Positions 24,350 through 38,199 are shown, counted from the first letter of the stretch. The stretch is DNA of 64,000 nucleotides from Eutreptiella sp. 'Long Island Sound 2002' (GCA_964036045.1 OZ038378.1:141298001-141362000); one strand, 5' to 3'. Translations and numbers: made by a program. The notes: generated from the letters alone by a model not told the origin.

Positions 24350-27300
24350 TCGCTGCCCCGTCGTATAAGATGCTTGCATCATCCGTGTAGGTGTACTACG
24401 TGTTTAGCCATGTTGTATTGGTGACGTGTTTCTCCTTTTACCTGCGTGTATGCCTGCTGTGCGTTGTCGTGGGCCCTATGCAGCGCAATGTCCCATTGTT
24501 GCTTACATATGTGGTTTTGTAGTGGTGACTAGTGTCTTGTATTCTTGTAGGCTGTTTTGCAGCCTCTGCTTGCAAGTATATGGTCTTTAGGTCTTTAGGC
24601 CCCTAACATGGTGCAAAGCGCGCTTGCAAGCATGTGCGTACGGGTATCTTTTGTTCACTACATGAATGTGGAGGTGTACTAGTTCTTCCAACTAGTTCTT
24701 GCATTGGGTCCACCTGTTGCATGGCTATATTGTGTTGAGACGTGGTCGCTTGTGTGTTATGGTTAGGTCCTCCAGGTGCTGCACAATGGTTTTGGTGTAC
24801 CACTATAACACATCATTGTCCTTGGCACAATGTGCTTCTTGTAGCCACACCTCATTGTCAATGCTGAGAGCGGGTGTGCTCTCGGGCTTCCTTTTTGGTG
24901 TTGTCTTGGTGCATGCCCCCACTTGCCCGTGTAAGTTCATGGCTGCTTCCTGCTGGTTGAATTGTGGTTTCAGATTGAAACGTGTGAGCAACAGTGGTGA
25001 CGAAGCCTCCTCTCGTGTCAGGTCAATTTGCGTCGTAGGTTCAGCACGCCCTGGATTGCGCCCAACTGAAAGAGCCCTACTATCGTTCGGAATTTGTGGT
25101 GTTCCCTTTGGGGGAAGGAGTCAACCAAGGGCAGCGGGATCAGGAGTGTGGTGCAAAGCCATTTTGTACCCGCAGCCCACTGGTGGCTAAGCAGAAATGT
25201 GAAGTTGGGGCTCATTTGGGGCTCACTCATGCATTACGGTGTCTTTGTGCTTGTTTGTTGTGCTTTTTGCATGCTAGGTAATGTGCTTTTAACATTTTTG
25301 GAAGAATTACACCTTCACTTGGTCAAGGTTGAAGGGAGGGGGTACTTTTTTTTCGACGTGCGGGGTGTTGAGGGGCCTATAAGGCATGTCCAGAATGACC
25401 GCCCATTGTCCCGACCCATCTTTCTTGTGCCACTCTGCCCACGGCGACCGCAGCTACGGCGGCAATCTCTGGGAAATGGGGTCTGTCACCAACTTCAAAT
25501 ATTGTGTGCCTCGGAACTCAGGCGACTGATCTGCTTCCGTGAGCCCAAGCAATTGCCGCAGCCTGGACCGGAATGAGTTACCATGAATGCGCCGGAAGTA
25601 GGGGTTCCATCTTAGGAGCAGCTCTCGGGAGGTAGTGTCTGCGGTTTGCGCGAATGCCAAGAGCGGGAGACACTGAGCCATGGCTGCTGGGCAGTGGGTA
25701 ATGATCTGTACCCCCGTGAAAGTCGTCACATTGGCAGTGACGGACAGCAGAACACCATTGGTAGTCAGCATGAGTTGCAGGTCACTCACAGCAAAGAGTT
25801 CCCCTTCCAGTGTGAGCCAGCGCCAAGTGTCACAGAGGTAGGCGGGTGCGGCTCCCGTGGTGTCACCGAGTGCCCTGATTGCCTCGTGCAGTGCAGGCAG
25901 TGGGACATCTGTCGTGTAGTCACACAGCACGGACTGCAGGCGTGGCTCAGTGCTGCGCTCGAACAGGCGTAAGAACCGGCCAGGGAGGTCAGTGAGAGAT
26001 GTAGGTAAAGAAGGCATGGCAGACTGAGAACACAGGCAGCAGGGTAGGTGGTTAGGAAGGCACAACAGACACAGCAGAATACCCTACTGGAGGTGCCCCC
26101 CGCCTTACCGCTGGGACTGCTGATGGCAGTCTGGCCACCGCGCAAGGCGGGGATGCAGAGAGGGGGGGTTGGCCCTCAGTGGCGGCACATGTATGCACTC
26201 ACCGACGCGCAGCAAAGGTGTGCCACCCGGCCGGTCACGCACCAGGACATACAACACATGCAGAGATGTGGAAGGCTAGAGGCCGGCGTAAGCGTCTGAC
26301 ATCATCACAGGGCAGAGTGTGATTGCTGGCGACGCTTGTGCTGGCGCTGTTGGGAAAAGCTTAGCCCCGTCTTCCCGGAGGACGCGGGCTTTGCCTCGCA
26401 AGACGAACCGTTGCTGTGTGGTGGCGAAGATGGTGAAGGGGACACTCGAGAAAGGGTCCGGGGCCCTTGTGCCGCCGAGTTGCAGCCTCCGCAGATCAGA
26501 TGTCCAGTGATGTCCTGCAGGCTTGTCGCGGTCCATCCGCACGACCACCGCCGCCGGCCACTTCGGGCGCAGACGACTCACCAGCCACCCTCTGAACCGT
26601 TCAAACGCCGTCGCAGCATGCTTCTCCTGCACGGGGGGCGCCAAGTGGACCTGCAGCCGAAGATCATCCAGGCCCTGTTGCTCTCGAAGTACTCCGCTTG
26701 ACGCCGAGCGCCCCAAGCTTTGCGAGCAGCCCATCCGCTCGCGGACTGTTTGCGTTTACTGGAGGGAGGATGAGACGAGCCTGACTGCTCCGAAGGTGCG
26801 GGGATGATGCCAAGGCGGAAGAGGAGTCTAGGAGGACGAAGTCGAGCTGCAGCGGGGTGACCATCACTGTGACAAGGGTGCTCCCTTTCACAGGCCAGTC
26901 GGGCGCCCAGAAGGGAGGGTCGCCGCATGGCGGGCTTGGAGCCCCCAAGGGTCGAAGTGCACTTCTGACGCAAAGAAAGGCAGGAAGGAGGTACCTTGTA
27001 TGGACACGCCATATCGAACACGTATGTGGAGAAGGCTGGGGAGACGTGCAGTGTCTGGCTGCAAGCGCGTGCGACCTGAGGCTCGCGTGCTCACAAAACC
27101 GCCACATTTGCATGCGCGATTCTTGGTGCCAGGTGTTGTGTGCGTAGTGCTCGTGTCTCTTGCCCACTCCCTACGCCGGTCGCCGCCAGCATATCCACCG
27201 CCCGGGGCGGGGAAAGGGAGGGGGTGCCGGGCTACGCGTCTCTCCTTTTGCCGGTAAGTGTCGGTTTGTGTGACTTGTTTGCGCTCAGTATGTTTCCCTT

Positions 27301-27560
27301 TGGACGTGCTGTGGGGCCCCCGGGTAGGCACTGCCCCGGCGTATCCTGTGGGTCGGTGGTTGTGTGTCCCGGTGCCCACCGCGGTGGGCCACACCCCACA
27401 ATTGGCCTGTGTTTGTACCCTCACACGCCCTGAGCTCGCAGGGAGGGGTCTTCGACGTGGGCCACGGTCCACGTCCACACTCCCTTTGGTGGGGGGTGCG
27501 CCCGGCAGGTGCCTGGGGATGATGGAGGGGAGGGGGGGGGGGGTTGTAGACGCTAGGGTC
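24350..27560 (-). mobile_element. Same LINE-like family, copy 2, with a decayed APE-endonuclease start
   Basis: ORFs 26276-26734 and 25454-26065 match copy 1. Downstream minus frame reads AMNLHGQ...DNEVWLQEAHC (about 24940-24830), resembling the APE NxxG and LQExH motifs. It shares the terminal motif gggccacggtccacgtccacac (about 27460) with about 12199. Confidence 0.6.
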
Positions 27561-27740
27561 TAGACCACAACCCACTTCTACACCTCAAGGGTGCGGTGGC
27601 TGTTGGTTGGTGACAATGGGACAAGTCTGATATTGGGGGAGGACAGGGGGGGGGGGGGCGAAGTCTGATAGTGGGAGGGGGGGGGATTAGAAAGGGTGTT
27701 GGGGTCGGGGTTGGGGGGGGGGATGATGGTCCATAAAAGC

Positions 27741-28790
27741 CTGAAGTCTGAAGTCTGAAGTCTGAAATCCCATTTGGTTACTATACACAAAGCTGGGGCA
27801 CACCCACGGCCCCCCGTAACCTACTGGAGGTCAGGGCGGCGGTCTGGAAGCAGCCCCGCCCCCAGCGACTCTCCCCGGACGCGGCCATGATGGTGCTCAT
27901 GGCAAAGCTCGCAAGCAAACTGCTCCCCTTGGCCAGCGTCTACCGCCCCACGGCCCAGGTGCACTCCTATTTGTGACACCCATAGTTGGCTCTGTCTAAC
28001 TATCCCCATTTGTCCTCTAGGTCCCATCACCGGACAGGATGATGCCCAATGTCTCGCCTGGCCACATTTCAAGCAGTTTTCTGAGGCGAATGTCCCATTA
28101 ATTGTCATCCACCTCCGGCTTGTACCGGGTGTCCTTGAGGTGCTTGTCCCATGATACCCGCTTGTGGTGCTGACTGTTGGCCTTGTCTTTTGGCTCTTGT
28201 ATGTTTACCGCTTGCGACATCCTCTGAGCCAAGCGGTGGGATGCCCAACCCTCGCCTTAATTACTGTATTCCTTCAGGTTGGCCAACAGCATCCCCATCC
28301 AAGCATAGGCCACTCGGCTTGTCATGAGTCGCCCCAGAGTGCCTGCTCCTAGCGGGGGTATCATGCTGTGGCGCAACACCTCATTCTCTACCTTTGCTGC
28401 AGCCAGGCGCGCAACCAGCTCGTTGAGTGTGTGTTTTTCTCCCATGTGCTCCATCATACCCACTGTCTGTGGAGCCCATTCAAAGCACACTGAGAGGGGC
28501 TGATGGGTTTTCATAGTCGCGCCAATTTCGGCTGTACTTCAGTCGTACAAAGTCATCTCTATCATCGGAAGGCCCAAGAATTGTGGCTGGTAGAAGCTCG
28601 CCAGTGTGGTACCGCTTGTACAGCACCCCATGGCTAGGTGCCAGTAGAGAATCGGTCATGGTGGGCAATAGAGGTCCTATAGTTAAGGGATACCACTCCC
28701 TCACACCCTGCTTTGCAGTTTTGCACACCACTTCTGCAACATACAGCACAACAACCCCTCATTTCCGCGCACCTTTAGCCTGAAACCTCG
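27741..28790 (-). mobile_element. Retroposon remnant with CCHC zinc-knuckle ORF and 7-nt microsatellite tail
   Basis: Minus ORF pieces at 28480-28749, 28257-28514 and 27821-28108 (CLKCGQARHWASSCP = CX2CX4HX4C). A (CTGAAGT)x3.7 repeat at 27741-27766 marks the 3' end. Confidence 0.45.
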
Positions 28791-29745
28791 GTTCTGAAAT
28801 CCGGTACCTAATTTAGTACCGAGTTAATTGGGTTCCAAAAAAAACACAGTCCGAACAGGAAGTGTTCGTTGGACAGAGTGTTCGTTGGACAGGGGGGGGG
28901 GGGGTACCAATATGTGCCATGCTGCCACCGTGGGCTCTTCCTCGTTCACCTTGCACCCGTCTACTGCTCGTTTAAGGCCTTTTGCCGGCTTGTGTCCATT
29001 GTTAATTTTAGGTGCTTCTGCTGGGTCCACTTCCATTTGAGGCAAGGCCTGTGGAGTGTAAAAAAACAAAGTGAGTTCTAAGACAACCTATTGCCACACT
29101 AAACTATTGTTTATTGCATAAACAAGGGTTTGGGTGGGGGCAACGGGGGGGTATGGCCACGAAGCAAATTCAACGACACGTTGAGACTGCATTCCGCCTC
29201 CATTCTTCTCGAACTGCCGCTACTTAGGCCGACTAGAAACAATGGACTGTTGCTCGGTCACTAGCTCCGAAACTTAGTTATCGTCCAAAATCGCTTGCAA
29301 TGCTATATTGATAGCACATAATATTTAGTACATGAGACACCATGTGGCATATTGAAATAAATAAGCGGCTACTTGGGAGCGGTAAGGTTGATACCACTTT
29401 GCCTCCGCACCATGAATTGCGTAAAATGCAAAACCATATGTGTATTGGCCTGCAAATCCTCACGGGAACCTAACCAAATGTTACACACAACCCTCTGGGC
29501 CCAAAGGCAAGTGGACCAATATTCCACCCTTGCTCCGCAACGCACACAAATATCATTAAGGCTCTTGTGACGGACAAATTTGCGGCCAATGAAGGGGACA
29601 TGGGAGTGCAATGGTCCATTGTATGCACCATCATGTGCAACCACCTCAAACTCCAAGTCCAAGATCTCGCACTGCGTGCGCACTGCGTGCATATTGCGCA
29701 CACAGTGGCTAGGATACTCAGCCAAGAATACCTGTCACCTGTTTA

Positions 29746-30156
29746 CTAGAGGGAAGACTGAAAGGTGTCAATACCATAGGGTTGGCCAGGTGTCCATCGA
29801 TACTTCTGGTTGTAGTTATCACCAACAACATCGTCGAAGAAGAACTGTCCGGTGTTGGTGTCGACTCGCCACCATCGAGTATCGGCGATCGAGAGCATTC
29901 GAGCGACGATGACCACGTTGACTTCTCTGCAGTTGTGGACGTGGCCATACCGATCGATGATCTTGAGCATCTCGGTTCGAGAATCACCTTGAAGTCGACC
30001 AAGGTTGTGGTGCACGTACTATCTGTCGGGAAGAGTACTCTGCAGGGCGAATTGAACCGCCTCTACGGATACGAGGCTCGCTGCAGTGTCGGCAATGACG
30101 ACGTCGAGATCCGGGTCGTGTCGACTGTGTACACTTTGTCGATGGGCCTCTTCTAG
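29746..30156 (-). pseudogene. Unidentified gene fragment with foreign composition
   Basis: Minus frame LEEAHRQ...DLDVVIADTAASLVSVEAVQFALQSTLPDR*YVHHNLGRLQGDSRTEMLKIIDRYGHVHNCREVNVVIVARMLSIADTRWW...FQSSL* has one internal stop; the antisense frame is open. About 12 TCGA in about 370 bp. Confidence 0.45.
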
Positions 30157-33100
30157 GGGGAAATGGTTGACAATTCAAATATGCCACATCCTAAATGCTT
30201 GGGAAGCCAAACAAAACCCTGGTATGGAACCAAAAACTTGTGAAAAGGGGCCAAAACTATGGTTCGAGTATTTGCCGACATCCAAAACTTCGCACTGCGT
30301 GCGCACTGCGTGCATGGCATTCCCCAAAAAACACCCTTTTTGGTGTGTTGCACCACCAATCAAACGGCATAGCCTAGCATCAGCGAAATATCTACCTATT
30401 GGCTACACATCCCTCACCATATTCAGGGCCAGATTTATAAACTGGCAAATGGCTATGTCTCTGGTGCTATATCGGGGCTGAGCCCAATGACCTAGCGGCT
30501 ACATAACCCTCGCCAAATTGGGTCCCACCGAAACAAGGGAAAGGTACAATGAAACACAACACAACACAACACAACATAACACAACACCTTTCTTGCAGAT
30601 TTCACCAAATAGCCGCACCAAGCGCCGCGTCAAGTGCCCCGCCAATGATGTACAATGGACTACCCCACCCCACCTTTGTCCAAACAACAGCAATGGCTGT
30701 GTGGCCGCTGCTGCATTCGAGAAACCTGTGGAAAATGGCCTACTTTTTGCGCAGAGCACCGTGCGCCGCCCTCTTGTCTTTAAGGGATACCATACCGTCA
30801 ATGGATAACTGCAATGGCTGTGTAAGAACAGGTGGTTGGGGAGAAAATTTCACTCGAAATCCTCCTGCATGCGTCTGGGCAATGCAACACATTTTCCATT
30901 TGGCATGCACTGCCACCCTCTTGGGGGTGAGTGGGTGGTTGGGGCACAGCAAAAACATTGGGGAGCGTACAAGCAGAGATGGAGACAAATTGCAACAACC
31001 ATACCACATTTACATGTATCGTTACATGTTTCGTGTTGAGCTGTCACAGGAGGCAAACGTGCATGCACAAATGAAAAAAAAGTACCAAAGGCAGGAATTG
31101 AAACCACGACCCTCAACATTGATGGCTTGCAGCCCATATCACTACCCTACTGATGACCTCGGTGGTAAAATGAGAAATATGAAAAAACATTAAACAAACA
31201 AGGGAATCATGGATTGACCAAAAGCCAGTCAACCCACGATTGGCCCATCAGAGGGAGGCACCCACCATTTTGAAAAAGGCAGGCAGCCCCCCGCCCCCCG
31301 GGTGTAGGGTGTGCGCTCCACTAAGAAAAGGCCTGGCCCACTGGCTTCCGCCGTCTTACTGTCAATTTCCTGACCAGGCCCATGGTGTGCAGGAGGAGGT
31401 ACAGCAGAGCAAACCCCCCAGTTCAGGTAAATGCAGACTGTCCTGGCGACTGACTTACAGCAGGAGTGACTTTGGTGGGGAGAGGGGCAACAAAGTGGGA
31501 GTGCGGCACCAGATGGGGGTAAAGGCTGGTTGGTGACCTTGGACCGCAACCGGTGAGCATCCCACAATGACTGGTGACCAAGCAAAGCAATAGAATGGGC
31601 CAATATGGTAGACATAAAACAGATGCACGCCGCCCACACAGTGTGTCTCGCTCCCCCTCCACGTGCAGTCATTCCCATGACCTTGGAAGGCGTGAGGAGT
31701 GCAACACCAAACGTTACCTGATCAGTGAGGCGCGGCATCTCCAGGCATTGTACCCTTGGCGATGAGGGTGCGGTGTGGCCCACAGAAATACTAAGTGCCT
31801 CAAACCACCTGTATCCATGGGGGGCTCGTTGTGAGGTGGATTGCATGGCATGTTCAAGGGGTTCACATGTACCCCCCGACTTGGCCCCTCCTCTTCGGCC
31901 TGTTTTTGATGCTCCCGTGCCAAACGCAACGCTGCCACACACTGCCTGCCACAAACATAACATGGAGATCCCAGACGCAGGCCGGGCTCTTGAAACCCAA
32001 ACAACAACATCGCTATTCGGAATTGCGGTCGATGCCGCAGCTCCAACGAAAACAATGCTCAGCCTGTCGTATGCGTGTGCGCAGGGCACTGTCCCCATAT
32101 TTCTTTCCGTGAAGGGCGCTGTGGGATTCAGCATGTTGCACGCGTTGACACTCTGCAGATGCCAGGACTCAGAGGGGGCAGAGGCGTGAGGGTGTACCGC
32201 ACCCTCGCCAGGCGTGGCTGTGATGCACCCTGCGGCATGTACTGCAAGGAATCCCCGTGCACAAGCAAGTGCATAGGCCTGCAGGACCATGGGACTGTGC
32301 AGGGCCTCAGATGTCGGGTGATCAGGCGGTCAGGGTCATGGGGTCAGAGGTCGAGGCAGAGTGTCTGGGCGTCCACAGGGTCAAGCATGGGAAGCCCAGG
32401 AGAGGGGGGGGTTGGGTTGGCTGAGCCGGGCTTCCCATGGGGGTCAATCCGTGGAGGTCAGGGGGCAAGGCCGTTCGATGCAGGTAAGCGGCCCGAGCCT
32501 CCTTTCGAGTGCCGGTATGACACTACCTTGTGCAACTCTCGCTGACCTGCCCGCAGTCTAGGGGAGCATTGATGCCTCGGGCCCGCAATGTCTCTTGTCT
32601 CTCGCGTGGGTGCCAGGGGCCTTCTAGATGGAGGGGGGGGGCGGGGGCACGGTGGTCAATACACACGTATTCGTGCATGTATATTGTATGTCACAGTATA
32701 CGCGTGAATACGCGTGTATAAACAGCGTGTACCTTACATGTCACAGATCTACGCGTGCGTATTTTATACGTCCATACATAGTCATAGTCATAGTCATAAC
32801 CACTTATCATGCCGTCTACTGGAGGTACCGGGCATCTCGCACCGACAGGTGGTTCCTGCCTTGCTCGATCTCGTGGGTCCCAGGGCTGCCTGAGGTGGCC
32901 CACGGCATGATGGAGGACCCAGAGGACCGGGGATACCGGCCACGAGGATGGGGCAGTGGCAACTGCAGAGCATTAGCATTAGCAACGGCACCGGGGTTAA
33001 AGGGGCAAGGCATTGGAATGCAGCAGCATAGCAACAAGCAACAAGCAAGCGCATGTCCTATGGGTGCACAATAGCGACCAAGAAATAAAGCAACACGCAT

Positions 33101-34109
33101 GCGGCGAATCAAGGTCACGCCCTAGCTCTGTACCCCCACGGTCCACCATCATTCTCATCATTATGTACACTCCTCCCGAATGTGCACGTGCAATAGCCGT
33201 TGAAAGAGCGGCCAGGGTTTGTGGAAGGCTCCAGCCTAGCCTGGCCCTAAGCCTTCATTGACCCCGTCACTGTGCAACACATCCCGCTGATATGTTTAGC
33301 GCTTCATGGGCAGTCCACCTTGTCCCTCTACCCCATCACCCACATACCCACCATAAATGCACTGCATAATCTTCCGTGGCTGCCCGATGACAGTACTGTA
33401 CACCCACACAGTACCCCGCCGAGTCGCCCATATGCCTCCATATATAGACTAACTCCGTCGTTCCCAAAGTCACCGGTGGGGCAAGTCAGCTCCCACTGTA
33501 CACGGATAAGCATACTATGTTTGGAAAACGCCTGGAAAACGCCTCCAAAACAGGATGCCAAGGGCGTTTACCCTTACTAAAACAAGGTGCTTGGGGGCGC
33601 AAAGCGTCCCCGGGCTGGCGCTAAAGGCGCCAGACCTGGTTCCGGATCCCCATAGGGGGGGGGGGGGGGGCAAAGCTCTCATAAGGCATTTTTCAAGGCG
33701 GGGGTGATTATGGCCAAAACGACGCAAAGCTGGCAACTTTTCGGCCGTTTTTGGATTTTCTCCATGTTGTTGGTAGGGTTATTATTGAAAAGATGGTCCC
33801 CCGCTATTTTGGACGTGGAGAACTCAAAAATCAAGGTTTCGGCTTGATTTGAAACAGTGTTGGGGGGGGGGGGGGGGTCAATGCGACGCCGCCAACCTAG
33901 GCTACTTTGGGAAAAAACTTGCCTCTTTTCCCTCTAGCAGTCTGAATTCGCTGTCATGTTTCGACGGCCAAAGCATCATTGTGGAGTTCGAGAACTCATT
34001 TTTCACCCATTTTGAGTCCCAAAACAGCCCATTTTCAAGCCATTTTGGGATTTTTCATTGGCCAAAACGCGTCACCACGGGCTCACCGTAGCCGTAGGGG
34101 GATGTACCG

Positions 34110-34428
34110 TGGCTTTGTCCGTTTTGAGTGGGTTTCGGGGCCGTTTTGGGCCAAAAAAGGCTGTTTTGGGGCACAAAATGCGCAGTTTTTGGGAGGGCAC
34201 CTCCCGACTTGGCACCCCCGCCCCGGGGTGCCACCGTTGAGTTGTTGGCTCAAAACTTGGATTTGGCAAGGCCACCTCCTAGGCTTTAGGATGGCGAGAG
34301 CCTTGAGCGATGAGGCGCAACAATGGCCAAAACGCAAAGGAGAAGTGCTTGTTGTTGTTGTTGTTGCTTGTTGTTACTTGCTTGCTTGTTGGCTAGATTT
34401 AAGGGGAGAGGGGTGTAGTAACATATGG

Positions 34429-34459
<31 letters not shown>

Positions 34460-34830
34460 CTATACGCGGACCCCCCCCCCCTGGACCCTAGTGTGCGACG
34501 TGGGGCAGGACTAGGGACCCCTCCCCCCTATTTTGAGGTCTGGAAACACAAAAAAATGGGTTTCGGGCTCGGATGGGACAGCAAGCAAGCACGTCACCTT
34601 TCTGTTTTGGCCGAAACTCCGTCCCAATGCGTCGGATCCTTCGCTAATCTAGCCATCCTATACCCTGGGTAGTGCCCTTGCCGATTCCAAGTTTTGAGCC
34701 AAAAACTCACCGGTGGCGCCCCGGGGTGGGGGCGCCAAGTCGGGAGGTGCCCTCCCAAAACTGCGTATTTTGTGCCCCAAAACAGCCTTTTTTGGCCAAA
34801 ACAGCCTTGAAACCCATTCAAAATGGACAA
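34110..34830. repeat. Inverted pair (about 190 bp arms) of a dispersed repeat around a (TA)n microsatellite
   Basis: 34115-34300 (ggccaaaaaaggctgttttggggcacaaaatgcgcagtttttgggagggcacctcccgacttggc...) recurs in reverse at about 34640-34830. (TA)n at 34428-34456; a further relative near 41330-41450. Confidence 0.8.
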
Positions 34831-36872
34831 ATGAAGGGAAAGGGTGCATAAACTCCACGTGCGCCTTGAGTTTCTTGTGACAAAGAGCCCTCTTGTTGCC
34901 CTCTAACTCCACGATATGTCCGAGAAACGGCCCAAAAATGGCTAAAAATGACCCAAAATATGTGCAGTTTGTGTCCAATTGCCCCAAAACCAAGAACGGG
35001 CCGTATCTTGGGCTACGTGGCTCAAATGAGAAATCTGAGGGCACCTAGTCCACCCGCAACCCCCCCCCCCTTTTGTGGTTTCCAACCCTCCGAATCGCCC
35101 AACGAGATGCCTAGACCCCCGTACCAGTGGTCTCTTGCCGGAACTGGAGTGCAGCCGAGCCGCGCACGGTGGGCACCAACAGTGGGTCCACCAGCGTCCC
35201 TGGGGCGAGAAAAGGATTCTCTCCAAAATTGTTCCCAGACCATTTGGGATACTCAAACAAGTGTTTGTAGCCCGTTTTGAGCCCCCCTCCACCCTATCCC
35301 ATTCCTTTCCGAAAAGCCCTTTTCTTGGATATTTCGAAAAGGTATAACATACCCCTACCCCCAGAACAGTTTGACACAACCCCATGGTCATAAGAAAAGG
35401 TGCTGTGCTCCCAGCCGCATCAGGTCATAGGGCCTTTTTTTTTTGTATTTCATCAGAGGGGGGCGTACGGAGGTCTGCAGTTAGTGAGGCCGTGGGTGAA
35501 TCCTGTGGATTCCCACATCTGATCAGATGCAGGCAGATCCCACGACTGAGTCAGATGATGTGTGCGCGCTGCACACTCAAACGCGGCCCGAGCTGAAGGT
35601 GCCGCGCATTGTCTGCTGGTGCACGCGGAGGGCGAACCCTACTGAATCACAGCACTCCCCAACCGCAGTCGACCAAAGGGGCCTCCGCGACCAGGGGTAC
35701 GCCGGCCCTGTCAATGACGAGTAGGTGTTTGCCAAGAGGGAACGGGGTCAGAATCTACACGGCGAAGAAGAGCAGACATACAAAGTAAAGGGCAGAAGGG
35801 CGGATGGCCAGTGACACAGAGGAACGCAGAGGAAGGGGTCTCGCAACGGTCTGAAGGCGGCTGCCCCCCTGAGCATAAGGTGCCCAAACTTTGGACCGTG
35901 ACTGGGACGCTTTTGAATCAAAATGAAAAAAAAAAACACCCAGTCCATCCGGTAGCCAATAGCAGAACACAATGTGACGGCACTTGAATGGTATCCAACG
36001 GCGGTTGGAGGGGAATTGACGGCGATTGGACGTCGACGTTGTATTACAGAAAACAGAAAACAGAAGAAACGCCATGACCTTGACTTTAGGACTGAACTTT
36101 TTGGCCCCTTCACAGTCGAATGACGCTTGCAGCCGGTGGTACAACCGATTGGGGGCGCTGAGAGGGCACCCCGTTGGGGGGGCACACACATGGGGCTGGT
36201 AGTGCGCCTGCCAAGTGTCCCTCAAAAGCCAGACACTTGTCTGCCACATGCCGTGCGAGCTACGCACTTCCCAAGTCCCACGGCAGACACAGGCCCTGGG
36301 GAGTCAGAGGGTAGATGTGCGTGAGTCGCACTAAGACGCACATCGTGCCTGTGCCCAGACCCGACTGAGCGATGGCGGACGTGGGTGGGCCCTGCTGCGT
36401 CGTGGGGAGACGCCAGGGGCTCCCAGTAGAGTGATGGATGGGCCCGGGCTGAAGATCGTCAGAGGGTGCCATGCGGGGCGATACCTGTCGTGATGTCCCG
36501 CATGCCACAATCCTTCTGCTCAGTGCCACCAAGTGCCACATGATTCCTGACAAGTGTTGCCCAGTGCAATGGAGTCGTCTGTTGAGCGCTAGACCCCATG
36601 CATGGTGCCCGAGGCGGGGGGCATGGGAGCGCTGCTACTCAATGCCGGTACGCCTGTGGCCGGGGGGGGACTGGCGTGGGCGTCCGGCATGCAACGGGAC
36701 AGCCTTGGGGGGGGGGGGGGGGGGCTGCACGGGGCGGGACGGCCCCAGCAAGGAACGGGCGGCAGGTGCCGCGGTGGTGCATGAGGGCCCATGCAGCTCA
36801 CTGCACTGGAGAGGCCGGTTTAGACGACCCCTGAGATCCGGCACCCCGCCCCCAAGACAGGCCATCGTGGGC

Positions 36873-37105
36873 TTAAGGGGGCTTGGCCGCAACCTCTGCG
36901 AGCTCCCCCATGGGCCAACTCAGGGGCCCTGGGGGCTGGGGCAGGCGGTCGAAGGGCGGAGGAGGGCTGCTGAAGGGGATGGCACAGGACTTCTCGCTGG
37001 CGGCGATGTTCTCCAGCTCCAGGGCCAAGTCCCGCAGCTTGCGCTGGCACAGCGCCTTGACACGGCGTGACGTTCGGCGGACGGTCCGATAGTCGTCCAC
37101 AACGC
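36873..37105 (-). CDS. Terminal exon of a multi-exon gene (putative hemerythrin-like protein)
   Basis: gcactccacag|GC GTT GTG GAC GAC TAT...; encodes (G)VVDDYRTVRRTSRRVKALCQRKLRDLALELENIAASEKSC...KPP-TAA with GC3-rich codons. Phase 1 matches the exon at 51149-51258. Confidence 0.6.
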
Positions 37106-38199
37106 CTGTGGAGTGCAACGCAGGGGCAGGGCCCCTGCAGGGGCAGGGGCAGGGGCAGGGGCCCAGGGGGGGCGTTGTCGGGTGGATGGCAGCACTCACA
37201 GATCGCCTTCATGGTCGGGGGCGTGCACCTCCAGCCCGTATCCCTCCAACACCCGCAACGCACTGACCCTGTGCCACACGGCCCATTTCGAGGGTTGAGC
37301 CGGATGTGCGCCCCGCGACTTTTGCACAGTCCAAACAGCAGGTTGACCCAGAGCCAGCACAACTCATACCCCTGACCCCGGGAGAGTCTGTACCCGGTGT
37401 TCAGGCCACTGCATTCTGCGTTGTTTGTAGCCCAGAGATGCTTGAAAACAGAGCGGGGATGGAGGCTTGGGGAAGGGAACTTTGAGGGGACGAGATGGGA
37501 CCCACCTCTTTGTGAATGGGGCAGGGCCAAAACAACAGAATACAACAATGTGGCTTTTCTGTCCGCCGATCATAACAACAGCCAGAGGATGATGATGATG
37601 CACGAGTGAGGCACTCAGAGTCCCCTCGAATGATTCCCTCCTCATTTACACGGCCAAACGGTGCACATGCAGCCTTGGCAAATGGTGTATGCCGTGTTTC
37701 GGGAATGGTTGGAAACGATATTGCACTCCATTCCTCTGAAGGCAATCGGCTACACGTGTGTGTGTGTGTGTGTGTGTGTGTTCTGCGCACGCGTGTGCGT
37801 GTATCTGCGCGCGTTGTCAACAATCTGTCCAGGGGCCATTGGACGGTCATTTACCTCGCAATCCTGAGGATCTTGCTACGGTACTTGGTCCACAAACTGT
37901 GACTGACTTGAACGAACCTCGGGGCTCACGTCTGAGGAAGAGAGTGCATGTACCCAAGAGGGGTGGATGTAGTGGCGGGGGGGACCCCCCGCCCTTGCCC
38001 CCCACCTCCCCCCCGGTGACCTGGCACCGGCATAAAACCCCTGAGGATGGTAGCCAGTGGGAGTGAGACCCACTAGCACAGCCAGCTCTGCCGCACGGAC
38101 TAGGGGAGCGCGGGAGCCGCAGCGGAGGATGCAGCGGAGGATAAATCGGTGGTGGGAAGAAGGGCCGGAGGGAGCCCAATTGCGCACGGAGAATTGCAT

